Shown here piece by piece: positions 26,826 through 32,000 of a stretch of DNA of 32,000 bases; position 1 is the first letter of the stretch; each line of letters begins with the position of its first letter. The position numbers and the translations under genes are program-made. This DNA comes from Candidatus Nanosynbacter lyticus (GTDB lineage: Bacteria; Patescibacteriota; Saccharimonadia; Saccharimonadales; Saccharimonadaceae). Below the pieces are notes generated by a model, which saw only the letters and a list, made by a program, of their open reading frames with translations, did no database searches and was not told the DNA's origin. The stretch is from the NCBI RefSeq assembly GCF_000803625.1, contig NZ_CP007496.1:60001-92000 (forward strand), in the 5' to 3' direction.

Positions 26826-26853
26826 TCAGCCTCTTAAGGGGGCTGATTTTTTT
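26826..26853 (+). terminator. Terminator between pilin and pilD
   Basis: TCAGCCTC/GGGGCTGA stem (one G-U pair), then seven Ts. Confidence 0.82.
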
Positions 26854-26878
26854 ATGTTTTTTTGTTAACATAAGAAGT

Positions 26879-27760
26879 ATGATGAAATTTATGATAGCAG
26901 GGTTTTTAGGCGCCATATTGGGTAGCTTTGTAGGGGCGCAGGTTTGGCGTTTGCGTGCTCGTCAGTTAGCTGAGGATAAAAAGGCTGGTGAGAAGGTTGA
27001 CCAGAAAGAATTAAAGAGGCTCTCTCCACTAATAAAGAAAGTTTCTAAGGATCGTTCTCGCTGTCTATCTTGCGGCCACGAATTGTCATTTTGTGATCTC
27101 ATACCAGTTTTCAGTTGGGTGATTAGGCTGGGAAAGTGCCGATATTGTAAGAATTTTATTGGTTGGACGGAAATTCTGCTAGAAGTAGCCATGGCTGGAT
27201 TATTTGTCTTGTCTGTAGTATTTTGGCCAGGATCATTGATGGATTTTTGGCAGGTTTTGCTACTGGCTTTGTGGTTAAGCGGTTTAGTTTTACTGGCAAT
27301 TTTATTTGTTTATGATCTCAAATGGCTGCTTCTACCTGATGTCATAAATATTCCGTTTATTATTTTGGGATTTATTTTTTCAATAATAAACTTGGCGCTA
27401 TCTAATGATTTTACAAAGAGCCTGACGTCTCTTTTAGGGTCGGTTGTAATTTTAAGTGGCATTTATTTGCTACTTTATCTTTTCTCAAAATACCGCTATG
27501 GAGAGGAAAAAACTTGGGTTGGTTTTGGTGATGTTAAGCTTGGTTTGGGGTTGGCTTTATTCTTGGGTAATTGGTTGTTGGCTTTTGCGGCTTTATTCGC
27601 AGCTAATTTAATCGGTACGTTGCTAGTCCTTCCTTCAATGCTAAAGGGTAAATTACAGGCAACTTCAAGAATTTGCTTCGGTCCGTTATTGATTGTAGGG
27701 TTTTTATTGGCATGGTTTTTTAGTCAACAAATTTTAGCATGGGGCTTTCTTATCGTCTAA
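26879..27760 (+). CDS. pilD: Prepilin peptidase (A24 family)
   Basis: GSFVGAQVWR, tetracysteine CLSCGHELSFCDLIP...CRYCK, catalytic GFGDVKLGLGLALFLG. The ORF track start (26663) lies inside the pilin gene, so ATG 26879 is preferred. Confidence 0.92.
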   Translation: MMKFMIAGFLGAILGSFVGAQVWRLRARQLAEDKKAGEKVDQKELKRLSPLIKKVSKDRSRCLSCGHELSFCDLIPVFSWVIRLGKCRYCKNFIGWTEILLEVAMAGLFVLSVVFWPGSLMDFWQVLLLALWLSGLVLLAILFVYDLKWLLLPDVINIPFIILGFIFSIINLALSNDFTKSLTSLLGSVVILSGIYLLLYLFSKYRYGEEKTWVGFGDVKLGLGLALFLGNWLLAFAALFAANLIGTLLVLPSMLKGKLQATSRICFGPLLIVGFLLAWFFSQQILAWGFLIV

Positions 27761-27777
27761 GTAAAATTTGCTTATGC

Positions 27778-27783
27778 TATAAT
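27778..27783 (+). promoter_or_regulatory. Extended -10 (TTATGCTATAAT) upstream of minor pilin cluster
   Basis: Same 12-mer as near the ftsK start. Confidence 0.6.
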
Positions 27784-27792
27784 GGAGAAGTG

Positions 27793-28533
27793 ATGGGCAA
27801 TAAACAAAAAGGTTTTACTATAATTGAAGTTATTTTGTTTGTGGCTATTTCTGGCTTGCTCACTTCTATGCTTATGGTGGGTGTTAACATATCAATTAAT
27901 CGTCAGCAATATCGCGACTCAGTTCAGTCTTATGCTGGCTTTTTGCGTAATGAGTACTCAAAAGTCGTTAATGTTGAAAATGATAGATCGAAAAGTGTCT
28001 GTCCAATTGACGGTGCAGACGGTAGGTCGGAGACTGCACGCGGTCAGTCGGATTGTGTGATTGTTGGTCGCTATATTACTACATTTGGTCCACTAGGGTC
28101 AACTGACGGTAATTCCTATAGAGCATATCCTGTTTATGCATACCGATCAGATAAGGGCAGCGCTTGGGTATATCGGCGCGGTGCTGAATCTGACAAATAT
28201 ACCGTGAATTGGCAGGCAAAGACTAGATTTTCTAGCCAGCCTAAAAATAGCGCTTATATATCCATCTTAATGTATCGACATCCAGAAACAGGACAATTAG
28301 ACATCAGGACGGACACTAGTAGATTTGGCGATAATTTAACGGATTTTGTTAATAATAAGAATAGTGCAGGCATAGTACAGTCCGCTGGCGAGCAGCGCCA
28401 ACAGCGGGAAATTTGTATTTATGATGATGGTTGGTTGCCGAATGAGCGGCTTTCTATCTTTTTGCGTTCATATGCAGCCTCTGCTGATGCGGTTATCGTA
28501 GGGAACGCTACCGGAGGGTGTGCTGATGCGTAA
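27793..28533 (+). CDS. Minor pilin/pseudopilin 1
   Basis: MGNKQKG/FTIIEVILFVAISGLLTSMLM prepilin signal; start re-assigned to ATG 27793. Confidence 0.85.
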   Translation: MGNKQKGFTIIEVILFVAISGLLTSMLMVGVNISINRQQYRDSVQSYAGFLRNEYSKVVNVENDRSKSVCPIDGADGRSETARGQSDCVIVGRYITTFGPLGSTDGNSYRAYPVYAYRSDKGSAWVYRRGAESDKYTVNWQAKTRFSSQPKNSAYISILMYRHPETGQLDIRTDTSRFGDNLTDFVNNKNSAGIVQSAGEQRQQREICIYDDGWLPNERLSIFLRSYAASADAVIVGNATGGCADA

Positions 28534-29107
28534 ATTTAACAGGGGTGATACTATCGTAGAAGTGCTGCTTGGTGTAACGATTTTTAGCATGGTTGCTGTT
28601 ATTACGTTAGAAACTATGAATCGGGGCATGGCTATTTCCCAGTATGCCTTAGAGACGACGTTGGTGCGTCAGCAGGTTGATGCGCAGGCAGAAATGCTAA
28701 GATATGCTCACGACACAAAGAGTGATATTTGGAAAAAGTTGGTTGATAATAACGCCGTAAGTGTTTCCTCGGTTAATGACAATGAGGGTGGCTTGGGTGC
28801 AGAAAGCTGTCCTGACAACTTTTCTAATAAAGAGTTTGCCTTGGCTGCGACACCTTCACTCGGCTCTAAGATCAGTATTTTAAATAATCCAGGCGATTAT
28901 AAACCGGCAGAAACTTATGCGCGAGTTGATAGTGGTACTAAAAAAACATATGGAATAGCGGTTAGGCTTGTTAAGCCGAGTACAGCTATAGGTAGTAGGG
29001 ATAGCAATAAATATGATGCGTACATAAAAGCTTGCTGGATGCCAGTTGGTAGTAAAATGCCAGCAACAATTGGTACGATTGTGAGGTTGTATGACTCGGG
29101 TCGATAA
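28526..29107 (+). CDS. Minor pilin/pseudopilin 2 (PilV/GspI-like)
   Basis: MRKFNRG/DTIVEVLLGVTIFSMVAVITLETMNRG; SD GGAGGG precedes ATG 28526. Confidence 0.78.
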   Translation: MRKFNRGDTIVEVLLGVTIFSMVAVITLETMNRGMAISQYALETTLVRQQVDAQAEMLRYAHDTKSDIWKKLVDNNAVSVSSVNDNEGGLGAESCPDNFSNKEFALAATPSLGSKISILNNPGDYKPAETYARVDSGTKKTYGIAVRLVKPSTAIGSRDSNKYDAYIKACWMPVGSKMPATIGTIVRLYDSGR

Positions 29108-29789
29108 ACAGGGATTCACACTTGTTGAGTTAATGCTTGCGATGGCATTTATCTCGATTCTTCTATTGTCAATTACTATGGTGGGCGTTCAGGCGGGCAG
29201 AATGTATAGCCGGGGTGTGGTGCTGCGTGATATTAATCAGGCAGGGCGAGACATCTCCGATACAATTCGACGAGATTTTTTGCAGGCAAACGCCAATAAG
29301 ATTGATGGTTCTGGTCTGAGAGTGCCGAACAATAGCAGTTGGGCAACTGGTCGGCTCTGTCTGGGGTCTCATTCGTATGTTTGGAACAACCCGAGATATT
29401 TGGACGATCCGAGCCTGCTGGGTGCAAATAGGCTATTTAAGGTTGACGGTAATCCGATAAACTTGGTGCGGGTAGTTGACGCTGACGGTGGCTTGTGTAA
29501 GAAAGATGGGTCCGGTAAGTATCCAGAGATGGTTGATTTAGCAAAATCATCAAACTTACTTAGGTCTATAAGTAGCGGTGATGGCTCGATTGGCATGCAT
29601 GACGTTACATTGGAGAAAATCACATCGGACGATTCCAGGGAAGCCCTTTACAAGTTGACCTTTACTTTAGGGACAAGTAAGATGAGTGAAATTAGAAATT
29701 CTTCTTGTAAAGATCCGAGCGAGACAGATAATAATTTTGATTTCTGTTCTATAAATAAATTTGAAATGATTGTGAGGACAAATGGGTAG
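29091..29789 (+). CDS. Minor pilin/pseudopilin 3 (PilW/GspJ-like)
   Basis: MTRVDKQG/FTLVELMLAMAFISILLLSITMV. Confidence 0.82.
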   Translation: MTRVDKQGFTLVELMLAMAFISILLLSITMVGVQAGRMYSRGVVLRDINQAGRDISDTIRRDFLQANANKIDGSGLRVPNNSSWATGRLCLGSHSYVWNNPRYLDDPSLLGANRLFKVDGNPINLVRVVDADGGLCKKDGSGKYPEMVDLAKSSNLLRSISSGDGSIGMHDVTLEKITSDDSREALYKLTFTLGTSKMSEIRNSSCKDPSETDNNFDFCSINKFEMIVRTNG

Positions 29790-30924
29790 AGGTATACGAC
29801 AATCGGGCGCTGTATCGCTTTTTGCGGTTATTTTTGGGGCGATGCTGCTAACTATTGTCACAATTGGATTTATGCGATTGATGATTATGGACCAGAGACA
29901 ATCTTCTAATAATGATTTATCGCAGAGTGCTTATGATGCTGCTTTGGCTGGGGTTGAAGATGCCAAGCGAGTAGTTCGTGCTGCACAAACAGGAAATATT
30001 CAGGCTGCAGGAGTACTCAATGGTCCGATTAACTGTAATATGGTTGCCGCCTCTGGCGTTGTCGGCGGTAGTACATCTGGCGATACTATTATTCAGACTG
30101 GCACCGGCGCTGGTAAGAGGTTTGATCAGGCCTATACTTGTGTAAAGATTACTATGAAATCTCAGGATTTTATATATAAATCTATTGAAGATAAATCCCA
30201 GCTTATACCGCTACGTGCAACCAGCTCATTTAATAAGATATCAATTGAGTGGTATCGCCGCGATGATGAAAGTAACCTTGGTGGCGCAAACGCAGTTAAT
30301 ACTGAGATATCTACCACGGGAGATTTGCCGGCAAGGAATAGCTGGCATAGTAACACTCCTCAATTGATGAGGGCGCAGCTAATTAATCCAGGGCCAACAT
30401 TTAGCTTATCAACATTGGATACGACTGGCGTCACCTCCTTTTTCCGACCAAACGTATTGAGGTCAGATGTAGCAGGGCAAGATGGAACTGCAGTTTCTGG
30501 CAAGACGTCAGATCGACCAAGGGCAACTGACGGAAATGAGCATAATAATGGAACGAATATAGTATCTTGTAGCAAGACCTTTAAATTTTCTGGCGAATAT
30601 TCGTGCAAGGCGGTGATTGAAGTTGATGAAATTGCTGCAGGCAGCGAAACGGCTTTTTTGAGACTAACTTCCATATACAAGGGTGGCAGCGTAAAAGTTT
30701 CACTTCAAAAAACGGATGGCACTATCGTAAATTTCGATGGAGTTCAGCCTATAGTTGACTCAACGGGACGAGCGAGTAATTTATTTAGACGAGTCGAGGC
30801 GCGTCTGCAAATTGGCGATGATTTTGCTTATCCAGATAACGCGATTGAGCTAAAGAATAGCCTCTGTAAAGATTTCTCCGTATCTGGTAGAGGATCTGCC
30901 GTTGCTGGTCGATGCAAACCTTAA
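29782..30924 (+). CDS. PilX/GspK-like minor pilin subunit
   Basis: GAVSLFAVIFGAMLLTIVTIGFMRLMIMDQRQSSNNDLSQSAYDAALAGVEDAKR resembles the PilX/GspK N-terminus; fourth gene of the minor-pilin series. Confidence 0.65.
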   Translation: MGRGIRQSGAVSLFAVIFGAMLLTIVTIGFMRLMIMDQRQSSNNDLSQSAYDAALAGVEDAKRVVRAAQTGNIQAAGVLNGPINCNMVAASGVVGGSTSGDTIIQTGTGAGKRFDQAYTCVKITMKSQDFIYKSIEDKSQLIPLRATSSFNKISIEWYRRDDESNLGGANAVNTEISTTGDLPARNSWHSNTPQLMRAQLINPGPTFSLSTLDTTGVTSFFRPNVLRSDVAGQDGTAVSGKTSDRPRATDGNEHNNGTNIVSCSKTFKFSGEYSCKAVIEVDEIAAGSETAFLRLTSIYKGGSVKVSLQKTDGTIVNFDGVQPIVDSTGRASNLFRRVEARLQIGDDFAYPDNAIELKNSLCKDFSVSGRGSAVAGRCKP

Positions 30925-30931
30925 AGGTAAT

Positions 30932-31849
30932 TTATGTATCGCTATGAAAGCGTTCATGAATATCTTTTAGATGTTGATCTGTAACATGGGTGTATACCTG
31001 AGTTGTTGATATATTGCTATGTCCTAGCATAGATTGGACCGAGCGTAGATCGGCACCATTCATTAGAAGGTCGGTTGCAAAACTATGCCTCATGGTGTGT
31101 GGGCTTACGTGTTTGGTAATGCCAGCTAGGCGTGCATATTGGCTAACCATTCGTTGAATGCTACGAGCGCTTAGGCGGCGGTAATCGCCAGAAGTGCTGG
31201 GTGTGATGGTTCGTTTACTGCAACTTAGGAATAGTGCGGGTAGGCTATCTGTTCTTGAGTTCAGATATGTGGATACATGTTTGGCGGCACCTTTTGATAT
31301 AAAGACTGGTCGGTCTTTTTGTCCTTTTCCTCGCACCATAAACTCGCGCCTTGTTAGGTTTATATGATCCCGATTTAAGTTGACTAATTCAGAGACGCGG
31401 AGGCCGCTGGAAAACAGCAACTCCACAATTGCCCGATCTCTCAGCCCCGATTCGGTGTCGGTTGGTATTTGCTCAATCATTCGCAGCACCTCGTCATATT
31501 GTAGAAAAGTTACTTGTTTCCGGACAGTCTTGGGTAGGATAATTTTATCCGCAGCCAAACTTTTGATATCGCGTCGAGAAAGGTATGTGAGTAGCCCTCG
31601 AAGTGCAATTAGATGATAGCTTTGTGTGATTAAAGATAAGCTTTCGCCTGTGTTGTCATTTTTATAACGGTTTAGCCAGAGACGATATTGCCTAATTAGC
31701 TCTGATGTAATTTTATCAACAGGTATATCACCGGCAAAATCGATAAATCTCTCTAGATAGAGCTGATAATTTATAATAGTTTTTTGACTGCGTCCACTCT
31801 CAACTTCCAGGTGTTCTAGAAAATCAGTTAGGGCTTCTGATATAAACAT
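30932..31849 (-). CDS. XerC/XerD-family tyrosine recombinase
   Basis: 305 aa with FSSGLRVSELVNL, SPHTMRHSFATDLL and LGHSNISTTQVYTHV (R, HxxR, H, Y catalytic set). Confidence 0.94.
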   Translation of the reverse strand: MFISEALTDFLEHLEVESGRSQKTIINYQLYLERFIDFAGDIPVDKITSELIRQYRLWLNRYKNDNTGESLSLITQSYHLIALRGLLTYLSRRDIKSLAADKIILPKTVRKQVTFLQYDEVLRMIEQIPTDTESGLRDRAIVELLFSSGLRVSELVNLNRDHINLTRREFMVRGKGQKDRPVFISKGAAKHVSTYLNSRTDSLPALFLSCSKRTITPSTSGDYRRLSARSIQRMVSQYARLAGITKHVSPHTMRHSFATDLLMNGADLRSVQSMLGHSNISTTQVYTHVTDQHLKDIHERFHSDT

Positions 31850-31855
31850 ATACTT

Positions 31856-31884
31856 ATTTTACAGTTAGAGGGCTGGTTTATCAA
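31856..31884 (-). promoter_or_regulatory. Xer gene promoter: TTGATA (31879-31884), 17 nt, TAAAAT (31856-31861), 6 nt before ATG
   Basis: Read on the minus strand: TTGATA-N17-TAAAAT-AAGTAT-ATG. Confidence 0.7.
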
Positions 31885-31937
31885 ATCATCTATTTTTGGT
31901 ACTATAATAAAAATAATAATGAGCAAAGGAGCAACCT

Positions 31938-32000
31938 ATGTCAGATAGTGAAAAAAAATATTGTGGCGTTGAAAGAACGTTGATTGTTTTTAAGCCTGAT
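31938..32000 (+). CDS. ndk: Nucleoside diphosphate kinase, 5' partial, truncated by window end
   Basis: Not in the ORF track. ATG 31938 after AAAGGAG encodes MSDSEKKYCGVERTLIVFKPD, matching the NDK N-terminal ERTL-xxx-KPD signature. Confidence 0.75.
   Translation, partial: MSDSEKKYCGVERTLIVFKPD

Noticed and set aside
26663-26878. ORF track N-terminal extension of prepilin peptidase over the pilin gene
   Set aside because: It runs through the pilin CDS out of frame and through a terminator. Homology-like sequence starts at ATG 26879/26882.
28526-28560. RGD tripeptide in the minor pilin (NRGDTIVE) as an integrin-binding motif
   Set aside because: It spans the prepilin cleavage site and would be destroyed by processing. 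It is explained by the G/D prepilin signal.
30932-31849. Tyrosine recombinase as a sign of a mobile element or integron
   Set aside because: Looks like a housekeeping Xer protein. No att-like repeats, cargo or tRNA junctions seen nearby, and it sits between pil genes and ndk.
1-32000. CRISPR arrays, retron or toxin-antitoxin-like systems, tRNA and rRNA genes
   Set aside because: No regularly spaced repeats, reverse transcriptase, small bicistronic TA pairs or conserved RNA gene cores could be recognised by eye.

Overview
This window reads as a dense, ordinary-code chromosomal region from a small-genome monoderm. Gene content and protein style suggest Candidatus Saccharibacteria/Patescibacteria; this is inferred, not proven. 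The left half is housekeeping: a degenerate DHH/NrnA-like protein, truB, rpsO, a sortase, pnp, a tandem pair of P/Q-rich membrane-anchored paralogs, RNase J, ftsK, rpsF-ssb-rpsR, efp, tlyA and ychF. The right half is a compact type IV pilus locus: a large secreted protein, pilM, pilN, a pilO-like gene, a 76-aa membrane protein, pilB, pilT, pilC, a major pilin, pilD and four minor-pilin-like genes. A Xer-type recombinase on the minus strand and the first 63 nt of an ndk-like gene, absent from the ORF track, follow. No CRISPR, tRNA, rRNA or transposon was seen. The best leads are: (1) repeated promoter-to-start spacing in which the -10 hexamer ends exactly 6-7 nt before ATG at five genes, implying leaderless mRNAs; (2) a tandem duplicated promoter-gene-terminator cassette with near-identical 5' coding DNA, diverged 3' halves, a conserved C-x26-C and a 30-bp repeat in only one copy; (3) a DHH-family protein at the truB locus that has lost its catalytic motifs; (4) EF-P with Arg32 at the modification-loop tip; (5) PilB lacking the usual zinc-binding cysteines; (6) pilus-locus proteins with no recognisable family.
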